Shown in pieces: positions 1-10,568 of a stretch of 45,973 bases of DNA. Within the stretch, counting starts at the first letter, position 1. Every line of letters starts with the position of its first letter. Source of the stretch: Hydrurus foetidus (taxonomy: Eukaryota); contig UYFQ01000654.1 of NCBI GenBank assembly GCA_900617105.1, positions 1-45,973 on the forward strand, written 5' to 3'. Below the pieces are notes generated by a model that did not search any database, was not told the DNA's origin, and saw nothing but the letters and a program-made list of their open reading frames with translations. The translations under genes and the position numbers were made by a program.

Positions 1-300
1 GCAGTACAATAATGAAGGAAATGCTGTCGAAGTTATTGAGCTGCTCCCATACCGTGATTGAAAACAGAGAGCTTTTTCCACAGCCTCCAACAATTGATCC
101 TAACCTCTGATCACAAAATCCCGCTACGACTAGACTAAGTACATCACTGGCTACATTTCGCACGAGACAGCTCTAGAAGAGATGCCGAAGTGATGTTGCT
201 GTAATTCTATGAGTGGTGAACATCGAAAAGTAGCATATACTTACTTTCGGACAGAAAGGGGTCCCTATGTCACCGAAAATCCGCAAACATAGGGTCGGCG

Positions 301-666
301 TGTCGTACACTAAGGATCAGTTTCCACTGAATGGACAACTATATCCTTCCTGGGTACGCGCTCCTTCTGCAGGTTCAACACGTGCGCTAGCAACTTTCCC
401 GGGCTCAAGGCGAAAGCTCTGCTGGTGTGAGTATTAAGGTAATTAACGATGCAACATCGCTTACATCGTTCATGGAGACAGGCGAAAAGATCGCGCTGTC
501 CCGCACAGTCAAACATGGTGCACTTTCATCTTTTTGATGTTCCTGGGTTAAAGGAACCTGGACCGGTGGAGTAGCGGCCACCACACGGCACACGACGTAC
601 GAAACGTCATCAAATGTACATACGTAATAACTTATACGGTTACTTAGCTCATTAGTTATTCCGACA
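301..666 (-). repeat. Copia-1 3' LTR (366 bp)
   Basis: Matches 6298-6662 by eye except one extra C near position 308 (TGTCGTACACT vs TGTCGTAACT). Confidence 0.96.
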
Positions 667-676
667 CACCCCTATG
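667..676 (-). other. Copia-1 polypurine tract
   Basis: Minus strand CATAGGGGTG directly precedes the 3' LTR TGT; the same 10-mer precedes the Copia-2 3' LTR. Confidence 0.85.
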
Positions 677-1051
677 GCGTGAGTCGTCGGGTTGGTGTAC
701 GCGAATGAAAACGCAATAGAATTCAAAAATGCTTCGTTTACTTGAAGCTTCACAAATGGTGTATCATAACATGATTTTATATTGTAGGGAAGTAGGGTAA
801 TGGTGGGGTTGACCTTAATTGTGACGTTAGATAATTTATTGCATGCAGGGTAATATTAGTATCATAAGGTCTGACTGATCCGAATGAGCATAGAGTTAAA
901 CGATCCTAAAAGACTTTATGTAACACGCAAAAGATTACACTTAAAATAATTTTCTGACTTGTTATACTATCTGATTCCGGAATCGGGTCTTGGGTCTGGG
1001 TCCACGGTCCTCGCTCTTTATGTCTCTGTCAGGGTTTTCTTGAGTCGCACT

Positions 1052-1214
1052 TGATGGGGTAGAAGAAAAGTGATGGAGGGGGGCAGCAGGAATGATGGAG
1101 TCTTGGTGTCTTGAGTGGTCAGTCTTCGTCATGACGCGCGCTGATGGGGTAGTAGAGTCGGATGTGGGGGCAGTAGGAATGACGGAGTCTTGGGGTCTTG
1201 AGTGTTCAGTCTTC
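1052..1214. repeat. Imperfect tandem duplication (~87-90 bp period) in the Copia-1 3' UTR
   Basis: TGATGGGGTAG...GGAATGAYGGAGTCTTGG...TCTTGAGTG...CAGTCTTC occurs at 1052-1127 and 1142-1214. Confidence 0.8.
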
Positions 1215-1293
1215 AGCTGAAGCGGACAGCGGCGTTGTAGAAGGGTAAGATGGAGGGGGGTAGCATGTCGGATGGATTCTTCGTCGGTAGGTA

Positions 1294-4200
1294 TTAGTTC
1301 TTCTTGGACGTAGGGTATGGAAATCGCGGGTTGAATTTGGTGCGTACGGGTGTCGGCGCGGAGTCCGTACGGTCCTCAGTCTTGCATCCATCTGCGTACG
1401 TGAGGGTAGGTGGTGAAGTGTTGAGCAGCTCCTTCCTGAGCTTCTTGAACAATTCACCCTGCAGTGGCTTGGTTAGAATGTCTGCAATCATGTCAGTAGT
1501 AGGTAGGTACACAATGTCTACATCGCCTGTACTGATTCTGTCGTGCAGGAAGAAATACCGTATATCAACATGCCGCGTACGTTCGCTGTTCGAGCGACCG
1601 TTACGTATGAGCTGTATCGTAGACTGATTGTCTTGATACACTAAGGCGGGAGGTTGAGGGTGTCCCTGGCACTCCAGGAAGTTCCTGGTCCACAGAACTT
1701 GGTTGGCGGCGTCGCTGAGTGCGACTAGCTCGGCCTCCGTGCTGGACTTTGTCATGAGGCGCTGAGTACCGCTCTTGGCGTAGATCGCTCCCTTCCCAAG
1801 GGTGATTACGCTGCCTGTGTGACTTTTCATATCGGGATGTATGGCAAAGGATGCATCGATATATGCAATAACATGAATAGGTTCATATACTTCAAATGTT
1901 ATACCCGTATGCTGACTACCCCGTATGTACTGTATCGTACGGGTCAGCTTGTCGTAGTCGTCCCTTTGGGGCCTCAGCACTCTCTTTGTCAGGAACGCTA
2001 CGGCAGTCAGAATGTCTGGCCTCGTCCTCTTACTCAGGTAGAGTAGCTTCGCTGTAATAGAGTGAAAACGCTCACGCAGATTATCAGGTAAGGGTGAGTC
2101 GGATTCATCAGGTATAGTGAATAGATTGGCTCGTGCAGGTGTGTTTGCCGTGCCCGGCATATCCTTACACCCCTCAATGAGGTCTTGTACGAAGCCTTCC
2201 ATAGTCATTTTAACGCAGCCTTCCTTGCTGAAGTCGAAAGTCATGCCTATGTAATTTAAAACTTTTCCTCTGTGTTTGGTTAGACCGGGATATATAGTTT
2301 CAATTTGTTTTATAACATCATCAACGCGAGATTCACTTGAAGCAGTAATTATCATATCATCAACATGAATTACGAGTGATGTTTGTGTGTTATCCGATTC
2401 AGTTCGGTTGAATACGCATATGTCATATTCATTAGCAGTATAATTGAATTTGATCAAATCACTGGATAGCTTATCATACCATAGTTTAGCAGATTCAACG
2501 CATCCATATAAAGCTTTCTTAAGTTTAACAATACATGTTCCATTGTTATTCATGTATTTGTTATATGTTGCATCAATCTTAATTAGTGCAGCAGTCAGTT
2601 GTTTATTCAGACGCATGTATACAACATGGTCGCCGGTCAGCGGCATATCACTATTCAGGAATGCACCGGGGAAGTCAACAGTGGCGACAGCACGCTTCTG
2701 TCTAGCAGCAATTGCAGTCAGCATGAATACACTAGATGTGCTAGCAGTAGGTGAGGCGCCATTGTTATAAACATCTCTATCTTGTAAGTGCCCACCGGCT
2801 ACTAGTCTAGATTTCAGTTTTTCAAACATACCATCAGCAGTATACTTTTCTTTCAAGAACATGCTACTAGGTATAATGGTGCGTTTTTGTTGTGGGGTGA
2901 GGGATTCGTAAGTTACACCTTCCCAAACATTCTTATCACACATTTGTTTCAATTCAGATGTAATGGAATCAACAGCTATCACCCCTAACTTATTAATTCC
3001 CTCATTAACAGTCATTTTGTACAGGTGAGTGTGGTTGTAGAACAGATTACCAACATATTTCTTATCCCATTTACCAAGTTGGTGATTTCTACCACTTCTA
3101 CGTAACACGGGTGAGTTTACAACGGGTGGGTCATATGCGGTTTCAATTATGGTGGCAGGTGGTGTGAATACTTCAGTGTGTACAGTTACATCAGCAAAGT
3201 CATCTTCATCATCACTTATGCCAAATATGTCATCTATCAGTGCTTGATCATATTTAGGTTGGGGTACATGTGTGTCATCATGTGTGTCATCATAATATAG
3301 TTCGTCATTGTCGTATGTAGTGTCACTCACATATAGTGTGTCATCTACATACTCATCTAATGTGGGTGGGTGATTTTCATCAGACATATCGAGTTGTGAT
3401 TCAAGATGTGTTTCGTTATCATTGTGATCGTTATCTTCAATAATCTCATCGGTGTAATCTGCGTTAGCATTTTCATCGACAGTTTCATATTCAACATCAC
3501 CAATGTAAGCACTATCATCTTCAACATCGTCATCATCATCGAATACAATGTGACTACTATTCTCAAATACAGGCTGTTTAACATTGGCAGTTTTTCTCTT
3601 TGAAGCTAATACATTCAAGTGTAATATCACTTCATCAGGCATAGGTAGTACAGTCGCTTTAGTACGTTTAACAATACGTTCGTTAGCTAACAGCATGTAG
3701 TACCATGAACCTTCTAGATTACCGGAGCTCATAAGTGCTATGGCCCCGGCTGTTCTTGGTTTGGTAGAGTTATCAATGACATCATTATGCACTTGGACAT
3801 AATCACCAAAACCATGTTTAATCTCCTTATCTACGTCTAACTTTCTTCCAGTTAATTTCTCTCGTGGACTGATGTGATTAAGTGAGTTACGTGTGGGTGC
3901 TAATACAATTCTACTGACTGCATACTTAACTAACCACACTTCTAATTTCTCATTCAATGAGAACGGTAGAGAATTGACTACTGATCTTACTCTCTCCTTT
4001 ATGTGTCGTATCTTACGCTCGACTACGGCTACGGCTTCTCCGGCTCCGGTAACGTCTAGTACTATACCTCTTAAGCCGACTTTGTTGTGAAACCATTCTG
4101 TATTGATTGCACCCTCGCCGTCTACTCGGATCATCTTAACTCTGAATCTGTACTTTACCATGCTTGCTAATGAAGTCTTTAGGCTGTTCCATATGCTCTT

Positions 4201-5052
4201 ATGCTCTCGGTTAGCTAACTTGCTAACGTATAGGAACTCGATGGGCTGCACTACTGATACTAGATATGGTACTTGGTTGACAAACATTATATCTACATAC
4301 ATAATCTGTTCTGTCTTGTACTCTATACCTATCAGTGGTAGCTTCTCTTCTAACTTGGCCTGGTGACTGGTGGTCTTCCCCTTAAGGGATCCCACGTCCG
4401 GTCCCCATATATCAATGGCTCTATGTACGTCTCGCGCAGTCACTTTGCTATTAGTCAAATTCCCTTGGGATATCAACTTAATAGTCTGTGCTGCGCTAGC
4501 GTATCCTAGTCTACGCTGATAGTCTCTAGCTAACGACGCGTCTCTGACTTCTCTTACTGTATACTTCTTCTTATTCTGCTCTACTGTCGTAACTAACATT
4601 GGCATGCATTCTGTTACCATAGTGTCAAGATTACATTGGTATATATTCATAGTCTCATCTCGTGAGAATCTATAAAAATATTTTCCACTGACGTCTTGCA
4701 CTATGTAACAATCATAGTCATGTAAGTACTTAACATCAGTACAGTCACGTACAGCATTACCAAAAGACAATATATTACCAGCACAGTCAGGGCTATAATA
4801 CACGTTGCCGAACGCCGACACCCCACGTTTCTTGATTATCAGCGGTTTTCCTTTCGGATTCACCCCGCTAACAATCATAGGTGTGGGTGCGTGTTCGACA
4901 TTATACAGCAGGGATGAGTCGTTGAAAACCGACTCACCAGCACATGTGTCAAGCAGAATGTGTCTACTTCTAATCATGTTATATATATTGCATGTATTGG
5001 CACTAAAAACAATATGATCACATGTTTCAATTCCGCTAGTGGAATCAGCCAA
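1294..5052 (-). CDS. pol: Copia-1 Pol (protease, integrase, reverse transcriptase, RNase H); true start uncertain
   Basis: Protease ILLDTCAG; integrase D (YVDIMF), D (RVDGEG), E (VVERKIR); RT KSRLVAGG, KALYG, HVDD; RNase H YIDASF, KSSTEAE, YQDNQS, ADILTKPL. The called start at 5052 is TTG, and the frame is open up to 5160. Confidence 0.95.
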   Translation of the reverse strand: MADSTSGIETCDHIVFSANTCNIYNMIRSRHILLDTCAGESVFNDSSLLYNVEHAPTPMIVSGVNPKGKPLIIKKRGVSAFGNVYYSPDCAGNILSFGNAVRDCTDVKYLHDYDCYIVQDVSGKYFYRFSRDETMNIYQCNLDTMVTECMPMLVTTVEQNKKKYTVREVRDASLARDYQRRLGYASAAQTIKLISQGNLTNSKVTARDVHRAIDIWGPDVGSLKGKTTSHQAKLEEKLPLIGIEYKTEQIMYVDIMFVNQVPYLVSVVQPIEFLYVSKLANREHKSIWNSLKTSLASMVKYRFRVKMIRVDGEGAINTEWFHNKVGLRGIVLDVTGAGEAVAVVERKIRHIKERVRSVVNSLPFSLNEKLEVWLVKYAVSRIVLAPTRNSLNHISPREKLTGRKLDVDKEIKHGFGDYVQVHNDVIDNSTKPRTAGAIALMSSGNLEGSWYYMLLANERIVKRTKATVLPMPDEVILHLNVLASKRKTANVKQPVFENSSHIVFDDDDDVEDDSAYIGDVEYETVDENANADYTDEIIEDNDHNDNETHLESQLDMSDENHPPTLDEYVDDTLYVSDTTYDNDELYYDDTHDDTHVPQPKYDQALIDDIFGISDDEDDFADVTVHTEVFTPPATIIETAYDPPVVNSPVLRRSGRNHQLGKWDKKYVGNLFYNHTHLYKMTVNEGINKLGVIAVDSITSELKQMCDKNVWEGVTYESLTPQQKRTIIPSSMFLKEKYTADGMFEKLKSRLVAGGHLQDRDVYNNGASPTASTSSVFMLTAIAARQKRAVATVDFPGAFLNSDMPLTGDHVVYMRLNKQLTAALIKIDATYNKYMNNNGTCIVKLKKALYGCVESAKLWYDKLSSDLIKFNYTANEYDICVFNRTESDNTQTSLVIHVDDMIITASSESRVDDVIKQIETIYPGLTKHRGKVLNYIGMTFDFSKEGCVKMTMEGFVQDLIEGCKDMPGTANTPARANLFTIPDESDSPLPDNLRERFHSITAKLLYLSKRTRPDILTAVAFLTKRVLRPQRDDYDKLTRTIQYIRGSQHTGITFEVYEPIHVIAYIDASFAIHPDMKSHTGSVITLGKGAIYAKSGTQRLMTKSSTEAELVALSDAANQVLWTRNFLECQGHPQPPALVYQDNQSTIQLIRNGRSNSERTRHVDIRYFFLHDRISTGDVDIVYLPTTDMIADILTKPLQGELFKKLRKELLNTSPPTLTYADGCKTEDRTDSAPTPVRTKFNPRFPYPTSKKN

Positions 5053-5169
5053 ACATGGAGGATCGGTGTGTATGTGGGGGTGTGTGTGTAAATGTAAGTG
5101 CGGGTGTATGTACAGGTGTAGATATGGATGAGTGTACGGGTGAGGAATAATGTATCTTACTTAGTTTAC
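5036..5169 (-). other. Predicted 134-nt GT-AG intron joining Copia-1 gag and pol in frame
   Basis: Donor CG|GTAAAC at 5169 overlaps the gag stop; acceptor CTGATTCCACTAG|C ends at 5036; the junction CG+C reads ...GNR-GIETCD... in the pol frame. Confidence 0.5.
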
Positions 5170-6260
5170 CGATTTCCCACTGGGTGCTGATGGCTTTCCG
5201 CTGTACACTCGTATGAGTAGTGCCCAAGTTCGACGCATTTATTACAGTTGTTGGGACCTGTACCGTACGACGTACGCCCACCCTTCCCTCTGCCCCCGTT
5301 ACCGTTAGCGTTTCCTTTCTCTGTCCCAGCTGGTTTCTCACCGCCAGCCGTTTTCGTAGCGAAAACATTGGTCTGGTTGGGTGGTATCGCTGCTGTTGAC
5401 TTCTTCGGGGTGACCTTGGCCATCTCGAGGTACGCGTCCTCCAGAGTGTCTGGCCAGTCTTTGAGCCTGTGCTCGTAGTACTCCACGTAATGACGGTATC
5501 CGGCATTTAATCCGTTCATAAATTTCATCCCAGCGAGTACTTCGTTGTGGGCGGTCATGGCCTCGTTGAACTCGGGCATGACTCCTAACGCCCGCATCGT
5601 GTCCTCGTACCCATTTTTCAATGCTTTAAAGCGTTGATAGTAGTACTTTAACATATCATTCTGCTCCATTTTGACTGTCTCATACGCCATTCGGACTCTC
5701 AGCAGGTTCTGATCTACTCCCAGCCTCGGATCCGAAAGGTGAGTCAATATGATGGCTCTCAACTGTAGCAGCGGATCCTCTGCAGTCATCGCTGCAAGTC
5801 CGGTTTCAGCTTCTCGAATTGTCGCTTTCGACGCTTCGCTAATTTGACCGAGCATTAGTCCGAAGACTTGCTTCCGGTCCTCTCTCAGAGTAAGGACGTT
5901 TCTGTCGTATAGCTCCAATGCTCGCTTCCATTTTGTAGATACCATAAAGTTCGCATCGGCTGCTATGTCCGCTGGAGCGACATATTGCGGGTAATCACCC
6001 GGTATGCCCTCGTTGCCGAATATCTCAGAGATATCGGACTTGTAGTTCGCGCGCGTATATTCGCGGAACTTCCTCATCCATGTGCTTACGCTACCATGGT
6101 TCATCTCTCTTCCAAGATCCAGGAATGCGCCAATCGCGGCTACCGTTCCTGTTCTTGGTGGAGGCTTCGCACCGCGGCCAGCATTCCCTCTGCCACCGTT
6201 GGCAGGGTTTGCTCGACCGCCTGCGGTATTGTGTTCTCGGCCTCGGCCTCTGCCTTTCAT
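5166..6260 (-). CDS. gag: Copia-1 Gag (364 aa)
   Basis: RG-rich N-terminus, capsid-like core (MEQNDMLKYYYQRF), C-terminal zinc knuckle CNKCVELGHYSYEC; ATG lies 37 nt after the 5' LTR. Confidence 0.92.
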   Translation of the reverse strand: MKGRGRGREHNTAGGRANPANGGRGNAGRGAKPPPRTGTVAAIGAFLDLGREMNHGSVSTWMRKFREYTRANYKSDISEIFGNEGIPGDYPQYVAPADIAADANFMVSTKWKRALELYDRNVLTLREDRKQVFGLMLGQISEASKATIREAETGLAAMTAEDPLLQLRAIILTHLSDPRLGVDQNLLRVRMAYETVKMEQNDMLKYYYQRFKALKNGYEDTMRALGVMPEFNEAMTAHNEVLAGMKFMNGLNAGYRHYVEYYEHRLKDWPDTLEDAYLEMAKVTPKKSTAAIPPNQTNVFATKTAGGEKPAGTEKGNANGNGGRGKGGRTSYGTGPNNCNKCVELGHYSYECTAESHQHPVGNR

Positions 6261-6287
6261 GTTGCAACTGGTTGCAACGAAAGCAAC

Positions 6288-6297
6288 TCGTTAATTA
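6288..6297 (-). other. Copia-1 non-tRNA primer-binding site, complementary to its own LTR
   Basis: Minus strand TAATTAACGA abuts the 5' LTR; its complement TCGTTAATTA lies on the same strand at 6445-6436 inside the LTR. Confidence 0.75.
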
Positions 6298-6662
6298 TGT
6301 CGTAACTAAGGATCAGTTTCCACTGAATGGACAACTATATCCTTCCTGGGTACGCGCTCCTTCTGCAGGTTCAACACGTGCGCTAGCAACTTTCCCGGGC
6401 TCAAGGCGAAAGCTCTGCTGGTGTGAGTATTAAGGTAATTAACGATGCAACATCGCTTACATCGTTCATGGAGACAGGCGAAAAGATCGCGCTGTCCCGC
6501 ACAGTCAAACATGGTGCACTTTCATCTTTTTGATGTTCCTGGGTTAAAGGAACCTGGACCGGTGGAGTAGCGGCCACCACACGGCACACGACGTACGAAA
6601 CGTCATCAAATGTACATACGTAATAACTTATACGGTTACTTAGCTCATTAGTTATTCCGACA
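6298..6662 (-). repeat. Copia-1 5' LTR (365 bp)
   Basis: Direct repeat of 301-666 with TG...CA ends, followed by TSD CGGCG. Confidence 0.96.
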
Positions 6663-6920
6663 CGGCGACGGTATTATAAAATACCGATTAAATCCAAGAC
6701 TGCGCCCTGTCAACTCAACTGTCAACAGTTCGACTCCTTGAATAATTGCGATGTACACTGAACGCTACTTCATGTCGAGAGGGCACTTCCAGTTTCGTGA
6801 ACTCTGCGACTGAGATGTCCATCTGTTTTTTTTCAGTCAATCAAGTACCACAGCGGTCGTAAAACTGCCGGATTCGCTGTAACACAATTAGTGACGAAGT
6901 ATTTCTGTTGTTGGATAAGG

Positions 6921-8521
6921 ATGGAACAAAGTCAGCAAACTTCAAGAAAATCACGGAAACCTCCAGGTTACTCCAATGCCTTTAATATTTGGCGCACTCA
7001 CAGCCTCAACAAAGTGACATATTTCACAGGCGATAAATTTCGGCAGCAAAGAATTCAATCATGGCAGCCTGTTATGACTCCTGTCAAACTCGTCGTTGTA
7101 CTCGTAACGATCGGAGTATTATTCATTATCTTGGGAGCTTCGCTGTACAAGATGTCGGAGGACGTAAGCTCTATTTCGCTGTCTGGATGAGAAAACTACG
7201 AAACTCTTTGAAGTAATCATGTGCCACCAACACTCAGAATTCCTTATCTCTTGAATACTGTAGAAGCTAGATCTTCGAGTTGTCTATGATGGAAGTAGCA
7301 AAAACGACGTCCAGTGTCAGATTGGATATGCGAATGAGGGGAGGCAGTGCACGGTCAGTAATTGCAACTGTGCTGATAATAACTCACACGTTAAATCAGA
7401 GCTTCTCTAATCTTCCAGCGGTTCCTATGATGTCAGGTCTCTTTTGTCTTCGACCGTGATGTTACAGGTCCCTTATTGGTATACTACGAGCTTGACAGGT
7501 TCTACCAAAATCATCGAATATACGTCAACAGCTACAGCTCAGCGCAGCTATTAGGGGCGGTGAGACACGTCATTCACTACTGTTCTTTAATGTTTATTCT
7601 TTCATAGTTGAACGTCTAAGAATTTATATCAAGCATTAATGATACATTCTGATCTCTATTATGTTTGTTCGCTAAACTTCACTCACTTGCAGAACATAGG
7701 ATCAAGCGACAAAGCACTATCCCTCGCATGCAACCCCTCCTCAATGAACGAAATGATGAACCTAAACCCTTGCGGACTTATAGCGAAATCCTTTTTCACA
7801 GGTAGGATGCAAACACTGCTGATGAATACCGCAGTTGAAAGCCTTGAGCTGATCTAACAACGTTTCGTGACTTTCCTAAAATTGGTCGACATTATCATTT
7901 CAATAATTAAATCCAGATATAATTACGTTAACTGGGAGTTCCAAAAGTGGTGTTGAAATGAAAGAAAAAAATATCGCTGCTCCTGCCGATATACTAAAAT
8001 TTAATCAAGTGAATGGATTTCGAAGTGAAATCGTGGCCAATGAAGGCGTCTCGTGCTCTGATGTCGGTCTACCTAGTAACTGCAAATACTACCGTGACAG
8101 GGACACTAATGCCTCGTATCTCTTCCACTATCCAAGTGATGAAACAGTACAGTACTTGTATGAGCAGTATCCTAGGCAAATATCCCCCATACTTGGCGTC
8201 ACCGACGAGCACTTTATAGTTTGGATGAGAACCGCTGCACTTCCTAAGTTCAGGAAATTATACGGAAGAATTCATCAAAATTTCGTCAAAGGCGATTTTA
8301 TTAAATTCAATGTTGAGGCCAACTTTGAAGTGCGTAGTTTTAATGGAGACAAAGCCATCATTATCGGAACAGCAGGGGCGTCAGGTGGTAAGAATTCTTC
8401 TTTAGGAATTGCTTTTCTCGTGTGCGGGTGTTTGGGTATTTTTTTCGCTGGAGGTTTTTGGGTGCAGTTTAAATTGAATCCGAGATTTTTAGGAGATCAA
8501 CGTTTGTTGAGATGGGATTAA
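6921..8521 (+). CDS. CDC50: CDC50/LEM3 (ALIS) family P4-ATPase flippase beta subunit; predicted exons 6921-6966, 7030-7163, 7264-7353, 7437-7559, 7693-7801, 7917-8521
   Basis: Manual splicing at GT-AG sites gives a continuous frame with family motifs FRQQRIQSWQP, YYELDRFYQNHRIYV, PCGLIAKSFF, EHFIVWMRTAALPKFRKLYG, GGKN and two TM segments. Intron 1 (63 nt) is in frame and could be retained. Confidence 0.92.
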
Positions 8522-9315
8522 GAGTTAAGAATAGTGCAGTATATTGTACAGCACTGCGCTGGACTGGACTGCATGATTCAGGATACTGAGTTGCTCTCTA
8601 ATCCCTTGGAGCGTGATGACCGGATGGCCCTCGAATCGTTCTTTTTTATTTGCTGCTTCACCTCATTTAATATATTACATCTATCATGCTCAACTTCTTC
8701 TTGCAGCTTCAAGTACATCAATCCGCGTTACTTGTTCTATTTTTACTGTTAAATAATATCAGCAATTCCAAAGTGTAGCGTTCGTAGTATTTCTTCTATC
8801 TTTAATATTTATCTTCGAGGATTGATGAGGATCATGCCAACAAGTTAGAATCATTTTTAAGCAAGTATCGCTCAACAGATGGATTCTGTGAATTATTTTG
8901 TTGATGTAAAGTGTTCTGTACACAACAATGTGTCCATCGACTCCCTTCTGATCCGATTATACACAGAAGAAAGCTGCGGCCAGATTTCCTACATAATATA
9001 CCGTGAAAATAATTTTAGCGGCTCCCGGCTACTGCCAATATTTGCAGTCAGTCATTGTAGAGGAGTTTGAAGGGAAGTACGCGATATGATATGGTATAGC
9101 AGTTTAAAAGCATGTAATGAAGTCATGTTGAAAGAGTATGTGTCGACAAACATAAGTCGTAACACCACTATCACTGCGATCTGCTTCATGAAATGGACAA
9201 ACTAAGAAAAAATCTAGCTTTTCCTTTCGATGACTCCGAGTTGAAGAGATCTTGTGAAATTGATGTCCAACTCTTCTCGATACAGAAGTGTAGCCTCTCA
9301 ACAATGATCGCAGAT

Positions 9316-10389
9316 TCATTGTAGAAGCATATCATTTAATCTTTCGCATATTTCAATCGTTTGAGTTTCATTAGCACCCTTGGCGAAAAATCCATGGTGC
9401 ATGTTATTATACACTACAGTTTCCACAGGAACTTTGGAGTCTTCTAATCGTCTCCCGAATTTCAAACCTTCGTCAAGAAGTATGTCATGTTTTGCCAGAA
9501 CAATAAGAGTCCTAGGAAAGTTCTGTAGAATATCATCTGGTGTGCGCATGGGACACGCCCTATAGTCGGCAGCATCTACTGCTTGATCCGATAAATACAT
9601 TGACCAAAAATATTGCATCTGCCTCAAAGTTAGCAGAGCGAATGAGGTGCTGTATCGAAAGTGGCTGTCGAGATATACGCCATGATCGAGGCAAGGGTAT
9701 AGAATAAATAAGCCTTTAACTTCCGCTTTGTCGGCAGGATTTGTGAATGCTGGATCCTGATTTAGTGCGGTGACAGAAGCTGCAATCGTCCCCCCAGCAC
9801 TCTCACCGGAGATATATATCCTCATAGGATCCCCGCCGTACTCCCTTATCGAGAGTCTTGTCCACTGCAATACGTCAGCAGCATCATTTACTGCAGCAGG
9901 AAAAGGATTCTCAGGTGCTAGTCTGTAATCAACATTTAAAACTATGAAATCCGTGTACTGAACAATCTTGCTGCACAATGTGTCCTCGTTCGTGAAATTT
10001 CCTATAACGAAGCCGCCTCCATGATACCATATTAGAACAGGCCGCAAAGTTAAGGTGTCAGATTCAATTCTTCCTCCGATGGTGGATTCGTTGGTTACTC
10101 GACGGTACAGTCTCAGCGAAATAGCCATGTTTGCACTGCTGTTCATAGATATACTGAAGAGAGATACATCCTTCGACAGAGTAGAAGGAATACTGTTGAT
10201 CATTTTGCGAACTTTTGCTAGACCAGCAACTCTATTGTTGAGAGCTGGATAAATGTCTCTTACGAATAAACCCATAATCGTCGAGATTACCAGTGAAGTC
10301 GTATCCACCTCACTTCTATAACATGCGAGTAGAAGGCTCGCGATGCCGACAGCACCGGAGAGCAGTAGAATACTGGATGTCAAATACAT
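9316..10389 (-). CDS. HSL-family alpha/beta hydrolase (esterase/lipase), intronless, hydrophobic N-terminus
   Basis: HGGG oxyanion motif, VDYRLAPE, GESAG nucleophile elbow, HDILLDE acid and HGF catalytic His. Confidence 0.93.
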   Translation of the reverse strand: MYLTSSILLLSGAVGIASLLLACYRSEVDTTSLVISTIMGLFVRDIYPALNNRVAGLAKVRKMINSIPSTLSKDVSLFSISMNSSANMAISLRLYRRVTNESTIGGRIESDTLTLRPVLIWYHGGGFVIGNFTNEDTLCSKIVQYTDFIVLNVDYRLAPENPFPAAVNDAADVLQWTRLSIREYGGDPMRIYISGESAGGTIAASVTALNQDPAFTNPADKAEVKGLFILYPCLDHGVYLDSHFRYSTSFALLTLRQMQYFWSMYLSDQAVDAADYRACPMRTPDDILQNFPRTLIVLAKHDILLDEGLKFGRRLEDSKVPVETVVYNNMHHGFFAKGANETQTIEICERLNDMLLQ

Positions 10390-10568
10390 TGCTCCAGCCG
10401 TTCAAGAATGGAGTAGCTTCGGGCAGCTGACTGATCGAGCTTTACCCCGGCAGCGAAGTTGACACTTATGGTAGAAGTGAAGGCATTATTGCATGATCTG
10501 CCACAGTACACTCATCGCTCGCACAAGCTCCGAGCTCGAGCTCACAGCAAGGGGGTTATTGTGCCGGT

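Larger units (their letters stand above)
301..6662 (-). mobile_element. Full-length Ty1/Copia LTR retrotransposon (Copia-1), CoDi-like
   Basis: TG...CA LTRs at 301-666 and 6298-6662; 5-bp TSD CGGCG (296-300 and 6663-6667); gag then PR-IN-RT-RH order on the minus strand. Confidence 0.97.

Noticed and set aside
263..294. Small inverted repeats near the Copia-1 insertion site (CCCTATGT/ACATAGGG; CGGTATT/AATACCG at ~6669-6686)
   Set aside because: Only 7-8 bp with no TSD; cannot be distinguished from chance.
1..295. Possible gene fragment at the window start
   Set aside because: No convincing ORF or motif in the available sequence.
310..593. Short ORFs in the Copia-1 LTRs (repeated at 6306-6589)
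   Set aside because: Duplicated only because they lie in the LTRs; no motifs.
5045..5506. 153-aa ORF bridging gag and pol as a frameshift route
   Set aside because: It is in a third frame and stops at 5045, so two successive frameshifts would be needed; the translation is low complexity.
6270..6297. Canonical tRNA primer-binding site (also checked at 10908-10930)
   Set aside because: No TGG start or recognisable tRNA complement next to either 5' LTR; a formal search against host tRNAs is still needed.
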